Shown: one piece after another, positions 1-10,266 of the stretch | Layout: each line of letters opens with the position of its first letter | Position numbering within the stretch: the first letter of the stretch is position 1 | NCBI GenBank assembly: GCA_963666975.2 | Contig: CAXVYR010000003.1 | Span: forward strand, 736,001 to 800,000 | Reading direction: 5' to 3' | From: Terriglobia bacterium | GTDB lineage: Bacteria; Acidobacteriota; Terriglobia; 2-12-FULL-54-10 | DNA length: 64,000 nucleotides | Notes under the pieces: generated by a model | Database searches by the model: none | What the model was told of the DNA's origin: nothing | What the model saw: only the letters and a program-made list of their open reading frames with translations | Made by a program: the position numbers and the translations under genes

Positions 1-10
1 TATTCTGATC

Positions 11-484
11 GTGGTGGCTGTCGGATACATGGGGAAAAAATTTATTGCACCGTTCCTGGCCGAGCGAGCGCAGGCGATTCGCAAAGACATGGAGGACTCG
101 GCCCGTGCCCGCCAGACGGCCGCTGCGCGGCTGGCCGGCGTAGAGAATAAACTAAAGCAGTTGGACGAGGAGATCGCCAGCTTGCGGAACAACGCCCTGC
201 AGGAAGCTGCCGCGGACCAGGCACGCATCGTGGAACAGGCCAAGACGGACTCCGGGAAGATCGCGGCGAACGCGCAGCAGGAAATTGCTGCCGCGACCAA
301 AACAGCGATCCAGGAACTCAAAGCCCATACCGCCGAGCTGGCCGTCGGACTGGCGGAAAAGAAAATTCGAGATTCCATCTCGCCGCAGGCGGAGAAAAAT
401 ATTTTCCGTTCCTTCCTGGAAGGCCTCGACTACGGGACAACCCCCGGAAGCGATTCTTCCGCCAAGACTCAGGAGAAAGGCTAA
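11..484 (+). CDS. atpF: F0F1 ATP synthase subunit b (true start probably upstream of or at the window edge)
   Basis: Long Ala/Glu/Gln-rich coiled coil (RAQAIRKDMED...AELAVGLAEKKI) immediately upstream of atpH-atpA-atpG. Confidence 0.85.
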   Translation: MVAVGYMGKKFIAPFLAERAQAIRKDMEDSARARQTAAARLAGVENKLKQLDEEIASLRNNALQEAAADQARIVEQAKTDSGKIAANAQQEIAAATKTAIQELKAHTAELAVGLAEKKIRDSISPQAEKNIFRSFLEGLDYGTTPGSDSSAKTQEKG

Positions 485-487
485 CGG

Positions 488-1045
488 ATGCCGTCTGCTG
501 TTTCATCCCGCTACGCACGCGCTCTAGTGGATATCGTCACAGGTCCCGCCGCCACGGAAGCGGGGAAAGACCCGCAGGCGGTCGCAGTTCAGTTGGCGGA
601 GTTCCACACGCTTCTTACGGAGAACCCCGAGGTGCGGATTCTGTTTTCCACGCCGGCTGTGGCGGCTGCCAAGAAGAAAGCAATCCTGGCCGAGTTGGCG
701 CCCCGGCTGGAACTGGATGCGCTGACGAAAAACTTTTTGAACGTGCTCATTGACAACGACCGCATGATCTTTTTGCGCGAGATTGCGGAGGCATTCGATT
801 CCCTGCTGCACGAGCGGTTGGGGGTGGTAGTCGCTGAGATTCTCACGGCCCGGCCACTCGAAGAAGCGGAACAGAAGCAACTGGCAAGGGCTCTCCACGC
901 CAAGACCGGCAAACAAATCCGGATGAATCTTTCTCTCGACTCCAACCTGATCGGCGGAATCGTTGCCCGTATCGGCAGCACCATCTACGACGGTTCGGTC
1001 CGCGGGCAACTGGAGCGCATTCGCGGCGAACTAACCGCCAAGTAA
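488..1045 (+). CDS. atpH: ATP synthase F1 subunit delta
   Basis: SRYARAL N-terminus; LIGGIVARIGSTIYDGSVRGQL C-terminus; operon position. Confidence 0.95.
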   Translation: MPSAVSSRYARALVDIVTGPAATEAGKDPQAVAVQLAEFHTLLTENPEVRILFSTPAVAAAKKKAILAELAPRLELDALTKNFLNVLIDNDRMIFLREIAEAFDSLLHERLGVVVAEILTARPLEEAEQKQLARALHAKTGKQIRMNLSLDSNLIGGIVARIGSTIYDGSVRGQLERIRGELTAK

Positions 1046-1074
1046 AGATTCATTGAGCCACTGAAGGAGCGTAC

Positions 1075-2628
1075 ATGGCACAGATCAAAGCGGACGAAAT
1101 CAGCAAGATGATCCGCCAGCAGATTGAGAACTATGAAACGACAGTAAACGTCGCCGAGGTAGGTTCCGTCATCTCCGTAGGAGACGGCATTGCCCGCATT
1201 TACGGACTGGAAAAGGTGATGGCGGGCGAGATGGTGGACCTGCCCCACGGCGTTACCGGCATTGCCCTGAACCTGGAGGAGGACCAAGTCGGGACGGTGC
1301 TGCTGGGCGACTACACTACGATCAAGGAAGGAGACGAGGTCCGGCGGACGGGCAAGATCATGCAGTTCCCGGTGGGCGATGCCCTGGTCGGACGTGTGGT
1401 CGATGCTCTGGGCAAGCCGCTCGACGGCAAGGGCCCTCTGGCAACCGACCGCTTCAACCCGATTGAGTGCATCGCTCCGGGAGTGGTGGCCCGCCAACCC
1501 GTGAGGGAACCGCTGCAGACCGGCCTGAAAGCGATTGATGGCATGATCCCGATCGGTCGCGGCCAGCGCGAGTTGATCATCGGGGACCGCCAGACGGGCA
1601 AGACGGCGGTTGCGATTGACGCCATCATCAATCAGAAGGGCGGCGACGTGATCGCCGTCTATGTGGCGATCGGCCAGAAGCGCTCGACGATTGCCCAGGT
1701 CGTCAAGACTCTGGAAGAGCACGGAGCCATGGACTACACCGTGGTGGTGGCGGCCTCGGCCAGCGACCCGGCTCCGATGCAATTTCTGGCCCCGTACTCC
1801 GGCTGCGCGATTGGGGAGTTCTTCCGCGACTCGGGCAGGCATGCCCTGTGCATCTATGACGACCTCTCCAAGCACGCCGCCTCCTACCGCGAAATTTCGC
1901 TTCTGCTGCGGCGTCCGCCGGGACGCGAGGCCTTTCCGGGCGACGTCTTTTACCTGCACTCCCGGCTGCTGGAGCGCGCCGCCAAGCTGAACGACGAGAA
2001 TGGCGGCGGCTCGCTGACGGCGCTGCCAATCATTGAAACCCAGGCCGGCGACGTTTCCGCCTATATTCCGACCAACGTGATCTCCATCACCGACGGGCAG
2101 ATTTATCTGGAGACGGACCTGTTCAACTCCGGCATCCGGCCGGCCATCAACGTGGGGCTTTCCGTCTCCCGCGTGGGAGGCAACGCCCAGATCGCCGCCA
2201 TGAAACAGCTCGCCGGAACATTGCGGCTGGACCTGGCGCAGTACCGCGAACTGGCGGCCTTCGCCCAGTTTGGCTCTGATCTGGACAAAGCCACGCAGGC
2301 ATTGTTGTCTCGCGGGCAACGGCTGACGGAACTGCTCAAACAGGACCAATACGTCCCCCTGCCCGTGGAGAAGCAGATTCTCTCCATATTCGCCGGGACT
2401 CAGGGGTATCTGGACGACATCCCCGTGGAGACGATCCGCTCGTTCGAGGCGGAGTTGTCACGGTTCGTCGACAACAACCACCCTTCCCTGCTCCAGAAAC
2501 TGCTGGGGAAAAAGAAACTCGACGACGCGTTGCGCCAGGAACTCGGCAACGTGATCACCCAATTCAAAGAACGCTTTCTGGCGGAACGGAAGGCGCAGAA
2601 CCCCGCGAAGACAGGAGGCGCTGCTTGA
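1075..2628 (+). CDS. atpA: ATP synthase F1 subunit alpha
   Basis: GDRQTGKT Walker [39 protein letters not shown]. Confidence 0.99.
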   Translation: MAQIKADEISKMIRQQIENYETTVNVAEVGSVISVGDGIARIYGLEKVMAGEMVDLPHGVTGIALNLEEDQVGTVLLGDYTTIKEGDEVRRTGKIMQFPVGDALVGRVVDALGKPLDGKGPLATDRFNPIECIAPGVVARQPVREPLQTGLKAIDGMIPIGRGQRELIIGDRQTGKTAVAIDAIINQKGGDVIAVYVAIGQKRSTIAQVVKTLEEHGAMDYTVVVAASASDPAPMQFLAPYSGCAIGEFFRDSGRHALCIYDDLSKHAASYREISLLLRRPPGREAFPGDVFYLHSRLLERAAKLNDENGGGSLTALPIIETQAGDVSAYIPTNVISITDGQIYLETDLFNSGIRPAINVGLSVSRVGGNAQIAAMKQLAGTLRLDLAQYRELAAFAQFGSDLDKATQALLSRGQRLTELLKQDQYVPLPVEKQILSIFAGTQGYLDDIPVETIRSFEAELSRFVDNNHPSLLQKLLGKKKLDDALRQELGNVITQFKERFLAERKAQNPAKTGGAA

Positions 2629-2700
2629 ACGCTACTCGCCGTAGGGAACCTGCTGAACCGGCTGCACCCACCGGACTAACTGTACTGGGAGCTTTCCTCC

Positions 2701-3567
2701 ATGCCTAGCTTGATTGACATGCGCCGGCGGATCCGCTCGGTGCGCAACACACAGCAGATCACCAAGGCCATGAAAATGGTTGCGGCGGCCAAGCTGCGGC
2801 GCGCACAGGAAAGCGCTTTCAATGCCCGCCCGTATGCAGGTCTCATCAAGGAAGTCCTGGGAAGCTTGGCGGTCCGTTCCGCGGTGCAGCAGCATCCCCT
2901 GCTGGCCCGCCGTCCCCAGCAGCGTCTGCTGGTTTTGGTGCTCTCCGGTGACAGGGGTCTTTGCGGAGCATTCAACACCAACATCATGCGCGCCACGGAA
3001 CGCTTCCTGCAGGAACACAGACCGCAAGAGGTGGAACTGGTCCTGATCGGCCGAAAAAGCCGGGATTACTTCCGCCGGCGGCCTGTGAAAGTTGCTCGCG
3101 AGCACGTCAACATTTTCGCCCGGCTGAGCTACCTCCACGCCCGTGAAATTGCTGCCGAAGTAATCTCTTCGTATTCGCAGGAAGAGATCGACGGGGTATT
3201 CCTGATTTACAACTCATTCAAAAGCGTTCTCTCGCAGCGGGTGCTAGTCGAGCAACTGCTGCCGCTGGCGGATTTTCAGCCAGCCGAGGGCTCGGCAGAT
3301 AATTTTTCCGGAGTGGATTACATCTACGAACAGCCGCCGCAGGAGATCTACGCCAGCCTGTTGCCGAAGTACGTTGAGGTGCAGATTTTTGGCGCTTTGC
3401 TGGAGTCGGCTGCTTCGGAACATGCCGCCCGAATGACGGCGATGGAGGCCGCCACCAACAACGCCGGTGATATGATCGACGGCCTCACGCTGAAACTGAA
3501 CCGGATTCGCCAGGCCGCCATCACCAAAGAGTTGATTGAGGTGGTCAGCGGCGCGGCCAGCTTGTAG
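2701..3567 (+). CDS. atpG: ATP synthase F1 subunit gamma
   Basis: QITKAMKMVAAAKL, DRGLCGAFN, SEHAARMTAM, RQAAITKELIEVVSGA. Confidence 0.99.
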   Translation: MPSLIDMRRRIRSVRNTQQITKAMKMVAAAKLRRAQESAFNARPYAGLIKEVLGSLAVRSAVQQHPLLARRPQQRLLVLVLSGDRGLCGAFNTNIMRATERFLQEHRPQEVELVLIGRKSRDYFRRRPVKVAREHVNIFARLSYLHAREIAAEVISSYSQEEIDGVFLIYNSFKSVLSQRVLVEQLLPLADFQPAEGSADNFSGVDYIYEQPPQEIYASLLPKYVEVQIFGALLESAASEHAARMTAMEAATNNAGDMIDGLTLKLNRIRQAAITKELIEVVSGAASL

Positions 3568-3632
3568 CGGAGAAGACCGCGTCACCGCAAGGGCTGCCGG
3601 GGAAATGCAGTCTTTCCTTCTGTACGCCTTTT

Positions 3633-4265
3633 CTACTCTCCGAGGAACTCCCGGAGTTCTTCTTCCAAAACAGCCCCCTCGCGAATCAGCCCCCACTTTG
3701 GAGTGGTCACGTCAACCGTGGTTGCAATCTGGTGGTCCCCGATGGGGCTATCCAGGATCAGAGCAAGGTTCCGGCCCAGTGTAGCGAGCACCTCGCTCGC
3801 CTGAGAGCAGGTAGGATGCCCGGAGATATTGGCGCTGGTGGCAATCAAAGGCATTCCAAAGCGGGCCAGCAACCGGCGAGCGATAGGAGAGGCAGGCTGC
3901 CGCACGGCTATCCCCCCGGTGTTTCCGGTGACTTTCAAAGGCACGCAACTGGCGGCTTTCACAATGACGCTGACCGGACCGGGTCAGTATCTGTGGGCCA
4001 GCAGATAAAAGAGAGAGGGCACATGACGGCCCAGTTCCATTGCTTGGTCCACCGATTCCACCATCAGCGGCAGAGAACGATCCCAGGCGCGGCTTTTCGT
4101 CTCGAATACTTTTTCGACCGCTGCCAGATTGAACGGATCGGCCACCAAGCTGTACAACGTATCGGTGGAAATTGCCACGATCTCGCCGCGGCGTATGGCA
4201 TTTACGGCGTAGGCGATTTTCTCTTCTTCCGGATCATCGGGCCGAATGGATACGACTTCCGGCAT
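3633..4265 (-). pseudogene. tsaC: L-threonylcarbamoyladenylate synthase (TsaC/Sua5/YrdC) with in-frame TGA at 3984-3986
   Basis: ORFs 3984..4337 and 3633..3962 share a frame; joined they read TDTLYSL...KSR...LLAHRY*PGPVSVIV...LIATSANISG. The stop replaces the W of the family W-P-G-P motif. ATG at 4265. Confidence 0.85.
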
Positions 4266-4447
4266 ACTGCGCCTCTCTTTGCGCCCGTGATGGGCACCCG
4301 TGAGGGGAGCCGAACATGGGCTGCCGAAGCGGGTCAATCAACTGTCCTGCAACGGCCCTGCATGCGGCTGCAAGACAGTTGCCCGCCCTGCACGGTATGT
4401 CCAAAGACCGTTGAATCCGCTTCGGCGCGCAGAAGTAACGGCACGGA

Positions 4448-4864
4448 CTACAAGGCCTGCAAAGCCGCCTCGGCACACTCCATATCTTCCTTCCAGTGGC
4501 CGCCGCTGACTCCGATCCCTCCGACGACTTGGTTATCGATGGTCACGGGATATCCTCCCCCGAAGACGACCAGGCGAGGCGTGTGCACGATTCCGGCCAG
4601 CAACGGAGGGTCGCCTTTGATGAAGTCAAACCACGTGTGGGTAGGGATTCCAAAACTGACGGCAGTGTAGGCCTTGTCCTGAGCAATCTGGACGCTCAGC
4701 AGCGGGGCGCTGTCCATTCGGGAAAACGCTTTTAGATTGCCGCTTTCATCGCAAACCGCAATAACCATGGGCTTTTTGAGTTCCTGCGCTTTCTTTTCTG
4801 CGGCGGCGATCAACTTTGCGGCCGCCTCCTCGGTGATCGTTTGACGCGCAATTGTATTAGCCAT
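4448..4864 (-). CDS. GlcG/HbpS-family heme-binding protein
   Basis: IAVCDESGNL, AQDKAYTAV, FGGGYPV, GGIGVSGG motifs. Confidence 0.9.
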   Translation of the reverse strand: MANTIARQTITEEAAAKLIAAAEKKAQELKKPMVIAVCDESGNLKAFSRMDSAPLLSVQIAQDKAYTAVSFGIPTHTWFDFIKGDPPLLAGIVHTPRLVVFGGGYPVTIDNQVVGGIGVSGGHWKEDMECAEAALQAL

Positions 4865-5157
4865 AATTCCTCCTGAATAGGGATGCCCCCGCTCACTCCT
4901 GAACGCCGGGGCAGCCAGAGACTATCACTCCTAAAGCAAGGCATTCAAGCGATTTGGAGAAGTGTTTTCGGCAGCGTCTTTGCCAAGCTTTCCCTTAACT
5001 CCTGCCTGCTCCAGCCTCTGGCCGCCCTCTCCCGCGCGGGTCCCAAAATGCTGCTGCCTACTCCAGTTTCCTTGACGGAACTGAGGCGTAAGTCTAAAAT
5101 AGACAATCGGGTGCATAGGTTTAGTCGTAGCCCGCGATGGCCCCCCAACAGGTGTTC

Positions 5158-6513
5158 ATGTTTGAGGACTTAACAGGAAAATTTCAGCGCGTCTTCAAAA
5201 CCCTCCGGGGCGAGGGCAAGCTGACGGAAGAGAATATCGGCGACGCCCTGCGCCAGATCCGCGTTGCTTTGCTCGAAGCTGACGTAAACTTCAAAGTCGT
5301 CAAACAACTGATTGAGAACATCCGGGCCAAGGCCGTGGGACAGGAAGTCTTGAGCAGCTTTTCCCCCACCGAGCAGGTCATCAAGATCGTACGCGATGAA
5401 CTGCTGGAGGTCTTGGGCGGTGCCACGGCACGGATGAAGTTTGCCTCCCAGCCACCCTCCGTTTTCTTTCTCACCGGCTTGCAAGGCTCGGGGAAAACCA
5501 CCACGACGGGAAAGATCGCCCGGTGGTTGCAACGGGGCGGGCATCACCCCTTGCTGGTATCGGTGGATGTCTACCGGCCTGCCGCCAAGCAGCAGTTGGC
5601 CGTGGTAGCCAAAGAGGTGGGTGTCCCGGTATTTGAAGGTTCAGCCGATGCCAAGCCCTCAGAGTTGGCTTTGGGCGCACGGCAGGCAGCCCGCGACCGG
5701 GGATGCGACGTATTAGTGGTGGACACCGCCGGACGCCTTCACGTAGATGACGAACTGATGACCGAGCTCCAGCAACTCCGGGACTTGCTCCAGCCGACGG
5801 AGCTTCTTTTTGTGGCCGATGCGATGACCGGCCAGGACGCCGTGCGCAGCGCCGAAGAGTTCCACCGCCGCTTAAGCCTGACGGGAGTGGTCCTGACCAA
5901 GCTCGACGGTGATGCACGCGGCGGAGCGGCTCTCTCGATCCGATTCGTCACCGGCCAGCCGATCCAGTTCGTCGGCACCGGGGAAAAATTTGACGCCCTG
6001 GAACAGTTTCATCCGGACCGCATGGTCTCGCGCATCCTGGGCATGGGCGATGTCCTTTCGCTGATCGAAAAGGCGGAAGAAGCCATCGACAGCAAGCAGG
6101 CTGAGCAGCTCGAGCGCAAGCTGCGGACCGACCGCTTTACTTTGGAAGACTTCCGGGAGCAGCTTCGGGCGGCGCGCCAGATGGGACCGCTGGATCAGAT
6201 TCTCTCCATGCTGCCCCAGGTGGGCCCTTTCCAGCAGTTGCAAAAGCAATCCCAGCAACAAACCGTGGACGAGGGGCAGCTGAATCGCACCGAGGCGATT
6301 ATCAACTCCATGACCGACCGGGAGCGGAGAGTGCCGCAGATATTAAACGGCAGCCGCCGCCTCCGCATCGCGCGAGGCAGCGGCACTTCGGTGCAGGAAG
6401 TAAACCAGCTTGTGAAGCAATACGACCAAGCTCGCAAGATGATGCGCAGCATGACCGGCCGCTTGCTGAAAAAACAGCGGGGCAAGGGCAAAGTTCCGGC
6501 CCTGTTCGGATAA
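5158..6513 (+). CDS. ffh: Signal recognition particle protein Ffh
   Basis: GLQGSGKTTT, DTAGR, TKLDGDARGG, RIARGSG; start set at MFEDL. Confidence 0.99.
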   Translation: MFEDLTGKFQRVFKTLRGEGKLTEENIGDALRQIRVALLEADVNFKVVKQLIENIRAKAVGQEVLSSFSPTEQVIKIVRDELLEVLGGATARMKFASQPPSVFFLTGLQGSGKTTTTGKIARWLQRGGHHPLLVSVDVYRPAAKQQLAVVAKEVGVPVFEGSADAKPSELALGARQAARDRGCDVLVVDTAGRLHVDDELMTELQQLRDLLQPTELLFVADAMTGQDAVRSAEEFHRRLSLTGVVLTKLDGDARGGAALSIRFVTGQPIQFVGTGEKFDALEQFHPDRMVSRILGMGDVLSLIEKAEEAIDSKQAEQLERKLRTDRFTLEDFREQLRAARQMGPLDQILSMLPQVGPFQQLQKQSQQQTVDEGQLNRTEAIINSMTDRERRVPQILNGSRRLRIARGSGTSVQEVNQLVKQYDQARKMMRSMTGRLLKKQRGKGKVPALFG

Positions 6514-6594
6514 CCGGACGCTCCCATGAGGAGCGGCGCATCTGCTTGCTTGCTCTTTTAGTAAGGAAGAATAGAATCATTTGGAGGTGTTTCA

Positions 6595-6864
6595 TTGTTG
6601 ATGATCCGCCTGGCCAGAACAGGCGTTAAGAAAAAGCCCCGTTATCGCGTTGTGATCATCGAGAAAGCGCGGGCCCGGGACGGCCGTTTCGTGGAAATTG
6701 TGGGCAACTACAATCCCCAGTCCGACCCGGCCCAGATCGAGCTTAAATCGGAGCGAATTGAGTACTGGTTAGGAAAAGGCGCTCAGCCGTCAGCGACCGT
6801 ACGCAGCTTCCTGCGCCGGAAAAAAACTGCGGTAAAAACGGAAGTTGCCGAGCAAGCGGAGTAA
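6595..6864 (+). CDS. rpsP: 30S ribosomal protein S16
   Basis: IRLARTG..KKPRYRVV..RDGRFVEIVGNYNP, GAQPS. Confidence 0.98.
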   Translation: MLMIRLARTGVKKKPRYRVVIIEKARARDGRFVEIVGNYNPQSDPAQIELKSERIEYWLGKGAQPSATVRSFLRRKKTAVKTEVAEQAE

Positions 6865-7022
6865 AAGCAAGTCTGTTTTTCCAAGTCTGTTTTTCAAAGA
6901 TGGATGGTTGTTTTCCCATCTGGATTCGCACAGAGACCCAGCGATTCATACACCTATTGTTGATGATCGTGATGTTGATTAGATTCGGTTCCGACCTCTT
7001 TCCTGTCCTTTAGGAGGCGCTT

Positions 7023-7253
7023 ATGAAGGAGCTGATCGAAATGATTGCGAAAGCCCTGGTGGATAATCCAGATCAAGTTGTAGTAAAACCCATAGAAGGC
7101 GAGCAAAGCACCGTATTGGAACTCCGGGTGGCGCCCGACGATCTGGGCAAGGTGATCGGCAAGCAAGGACGCACTGCCCGCTCCATCCGCACCATCCTGG
7201 GAGCAGCCGGGATGAAGCTGAAGAGGCGGTTCACCCTGGAGATATTGGAATAA
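7023..7253 (+). CDS. khpA: KH-domain RNA-binding protein KhpA
   Basis: [18 protein letters not shown], between rpsP and rimM. Confidence 0.93.
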   Translation: MKELIEMIAKALVDNPDQVVVKPIEGEQSTVLELRVAPDDLGKVIGKQGRTARSIRTILGAAGMKLKRRFTLEILE

Positions 7254-7268
7254 AGCGATCTGCCGCCA

Positions 7269-7799
7269 GTGAAACAGCCTCGAGAATCCGAATACGTCAC
7301 CGTCGCCCGCGTGCGGAAAACCCAAGGCAGGCGGGGTGAAGTGGCGGCAGAAATCCTGACTGATTTCCTGGAGCGGTTCGAGCCCGGACAGGAATTGCTG
7401 CTTTGGGATGAAACCGCCCGCCAGCAGGTTGTTCTGGAAGAAAGCTGGCTGCACAAAGGGCTGGTCATTTTGAAATTCCGGGATGTGGAAACCATCTCGG
7501 CGGCGGAAACTCTGATTGGCTGGCAAATCCAAATTCCACGGTCCAGCCGCAGGCCGCTTCCGCCGGGAGCAGTTTACCTCTCCGACCTGGTTGGATGCTC
7601 CGTCCACGAGGGCGGCAGGCTGCTGGGCAAAGTGGAGGCCGTGGAAGAAACGGGCGCCGTACCGTTGTTGAAGGTGCCTGCCGCCGAAGGCGAACTGCTG
7701 ATCCCCTTTGCGGAATCCATTTGCAGCAGTGTGGACATCGAAAGGCAGGAAATTCAGGTGCGGTTGCCGGAAGGCCTGAAGGAGTTGAACCGGAAATGA
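7269..7799 (+). CDS. rimM: Ribosome maturation factor RimM
   Basis: TQGRRGEV, YLSDLVGC, LLIPF; synteny with trmD. Confidence 0.95.
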   Translation: MKQPRESEYVTVARVRKTQGRRGEVAAEILTDFLERFEPGQELLLWDETARQQVVLEESWLHKGLVILKFRDVETISAAETLIGWQIQIPRSSRRPLPPGAVYLSDLVGCSVHEGGRLLGKVEAVEETGAVPLLKVPAAEGELLIPFAESICSSVDIERQEIQVRLPEGLKELNRK

Positions 7800-7835
7800 A
7801 ATTCGGCCGGCAGGAAAAATGGACGGCGGGGGCCC

Positions 7836-8597
7836 ATGAAGATCGACATACTCACAATTTTTCCGGAATTTTTTGCCGGGCCCTTTCAGCATGGAATCCT
7901 CCGCCGGGCGCAAGAAACCGGCCTGGTAAGCATTGAGACACACGATCTGCGGCGATTCACAAATGACCGTCACCGCACAGTGGACGACCGCCCCTTCGGA
8001 GGGGAAGAGGGGATGCTCCTGCTTCCCGAACCTTTCTTTCGGGCGGCTGAGCACATCTGGGAGCGCGGCAGGCCGCGCGGCAGAGTGATCCTGCTTTCGG
8101 CGCAAGGCAAACTGTTTCGGCAGCCCATGGCGAGCGAGCTGGCCAAAGAAGAGTCTTTGATGCTACTCTGCGGGCGCTATGAGGGAGTGGATGAGAGAGT
8201 CGCGTCGCACTTGGCGGAGGAAGAACTCTCCATCGGCGACTTTGTGCTGAGCGGAGGAGAATTGGCCGCTGCGGTGGTGGTGGACGCGGTAACGCGGCTG
8301 CTGCCCGGAGCGCTGGGCAACGCGGCCTCGTCGGTGCGGGAATCCTTCGCGGTGACTCCCGGCACGAGAAGCGCGGGGCTGCTCGACTGTCCCCAATATA
8401 CCCGTCCGGCAAAGTTCCGGGAGATGGCCGTTCCCGACGTACTGCTCTGCGGAGATCACAAGCGCGTGGAGCAGTGGAGACGCAAAAAGGCTTTGGAGAA
8501 AACCTGGGCGAACCGGCCGGATTTGTTGTCCGGGGCTGCCCTGAATGCAGAACAGCAACAGTGGCTGGCAGAGATCGAAAAGGAAACAGAGATATGA
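7836..8597 (+). CDS. trmD: tRNA (guanine-N1)-methyltransferase TrmD
   Basis: [35 protein letters not shown]. Confidence 0.98.
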   Translation: MKIDILTIFPEFFAGPFQHGILRRAQETGLVSIETHDLRRFTNDRHRTVDDRPFGGEEGMLLLPEPFFRAAEHIWERGRPRGRVILLSAQGKLFRQPMASELAKEESLMLLCGRYEGVDERVASHLAEEELSIGDFVLSGGELAAAVVVDAVTRLLPGALGNAASSVRESFAVTPGTRSAGLLDCPQYTRPAKFREMAVPDVLLCGDHKRVEQWRRKKALEKTWANRPDLLSGAALNAEQQQWLAEIEKETEI

Positions 8598-8938
8598 ATC
8601 GATTGGACAAGTTGCACAGTCTGGAGCCCCGCCGGGAGGTCGCCGAGTTTGCGCCCGGCGACACGGTGCGGGTCCAGGTAAAAATCAAAGAAGGCGAGAA
8701 GGAACGGTTGCAGGCGTTTGAAGGCACCGTCATCGCGCGCAAACACGGCGGCCCCAGCGAGACATTCACCGTCCGCAAGATCAGCTTCGGCCAGGGCGTG
8801 GAGCGGATCTTTCCGGTGCAATCGCCCGTGATCCACCGCGTGGAAGTGCTCCGCCGGGGTCGCGTGCGCCGCGCCAAGCTGTATTACCTGCGCAAACTGC
8901 GAGGCAAGGCCGCCCGCATTCGCGAGAAGCGATCCTGA
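8594..8938 (+). CDS. rplS: 50S ribosomal protein L19
   Basis: [33 protein letters not shown]; ATG overlaps trmD stop (ATGA). Confidence 0.98.
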   Translation: MNRLDKLHSLEPRREVAEFAPGDTVRVQVKIKEGEKERLQAFEGTVIARKHGGPSETFTVRKISFGQGVERIFPVQSPVIHRVEVLRRGRVRRAKLYYLRKLRGKAARIREKRS

Positions 8939-9074
8939 ACCTTCCCTTCCCCCGCTGCTTGCCGGCAGAAAGCGCAAACGGCGGTCTCTGTCAGCGCAAA
9001 GCCCGGTTTGGAGATGCTCCGCAGAAAGGAGCGCAAAGCATATTCGCTGCGGCACGAAATTTGAGCGCCAGGGA

Positions 9075-9686
9075 TTGCAGGCAGGCTACCGCTCGATTGC
9101 CGGGGTAGATGAGGTGGGCCGCGGGGCTTTGTTTGGTCCGGTCCTGGCGGCGGCGGTCATTCTGAACCCTTCCCACCGCATTCCAGGCATTCAGGACAGC
9201 AAGAAGTTGTCACCGGGCAGGCGGGAAAAACTGGCCTGCGAGATCCGCCGTTATGCCGTCGCATGGTCGGTGGCGTCGGCGGATGCCGCCAAGATTGATG
9301 AGATCAACATCTATCAGGCATCCCGCCTAGCCATGCGGGAAGCCGTCCACCGATTAAATCTAGTTCCTGACTTGTTGCTGGTGGATGCGCTCCACTTGGA
9401 CTTGGACATCCCGCAAAACTCCATCGTCAAAGGAGACGCGCTCAGCGTCTCCATTGCTGCGGCGTCCATTCTGGCAAAGGTGGAGCGGGACGGCCTGATG
9501 CGGGAGTGGGACCGTGTTTTCCCCCAATACCAACTGGCCTCCAATAAGGGCTACCCCACCCCGGTCCACAAAGCAATGCTGCGCAAGCACGGCCCCACGC
9601 CGCTGCATCGCCGTTCGTACGCACCTGTAGCTGCCGTTGCGCACACCACCGCCCTTTCCGGCCCCTCCTCCGGCAACCAGCAATAG
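9075..9686 (+). CDS. rnhB: Ribonuclease HII (start uncertain; frame is open further upstream)
   Basis: AGVDEVGRG, DSKKL, KGD...SIAAASILAKVERD, NKGYPT. Confidence 0.96.
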   Translation: MQAGYRSIAGVDEVGRGALFGPVLAAAVILNPSHRIPGIQDSKKLSPGRREKLACEIRRYAVAWSVASADAAKIDEINIYQASRLAMREAVHRLNLVPDLLLVDALHLDLDIPQNSIVKGDALSVSIAAASILAKVERDGLMREWDRVFPQYQLASNKGYPTPVHKAMLRKHGPTPLHRRSYAPVAAVAHTTALSGPSSGNQQ

Positions 9687-9743
9687 AAAAAGCCGCGTGA
9701 GGCGCATGCCGTATCTGTTGATCGAAGGACTTTTCCGGCTTAC

Positions 9744-10004
9744 TTATTTTTGATAGTGGCTGGCGTTTTTCTCGGTGAAATCGTTCCACTTTTCCGGCAG
9801 CTCGTCCAGGACAAAAATTGCAGTGACCGGACAAACAGGAACGCAGGCTCCGCAGTCAATGCACTCCACCGGATCGATGTAGAGCTGCTCGGCAGCCTCA
9901 AACTCGGGCTCGTCCTTTTTGGGATGAATGCAGTCTACTGGGCATGCATCGACGCAAGTTGTGTCTTTCGTGCCGATGCATGGCTCGGCAATTACATAAG
10001 CCAT
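9744..10004 (-). CDS. Dicluster (FdxA-like) ferredoxin
   Basis: CIGTKDTTCVDACPVDC and CIDCGACVPVCP motifs. Confidence 0.93.
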   Translation of the reverse strand: MAYVIAEPCIGTKDTTCVDACPVDCIHPKKDEPEFEAAEQLYIDPVECIDCGACVPVCPVTAIFVLDELPEKWNDFTEKNASHYQK

Positions 10005-10266
10005 CTTGTTACTCTCCCCCGAAAACTGGAAATGGAATTTATTTCCGCTTGAGTTAATGCCGCAAACGATCGGCTATGCTACAACACGGGCGGGAAAGCT
10101 TGTAAAGAAGAAAATCGCCCGCCGGGGAGAAAAAAGCTGCGGACAAAACCCGCACGCTTCGCGGGGAGGAGCGGAAATTGTTGCGGCTAGTATGGTAATG
10201 GTAGATGAGAACTTTCCGGGAAATGCCCAGCCAGCTTGTTTGTGCGCTGGCGGCTTCTGCGGCGTG

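Noticed and set aside
985-2349. Long antisense or alternate-frame ORFs (e.g. 985-2349, 6954-8105, 11259-12461, 42804-44030, 63102-63998)
   Set aside because: They shadow well-recognised genes in GC-rich DNA and show no motifs.
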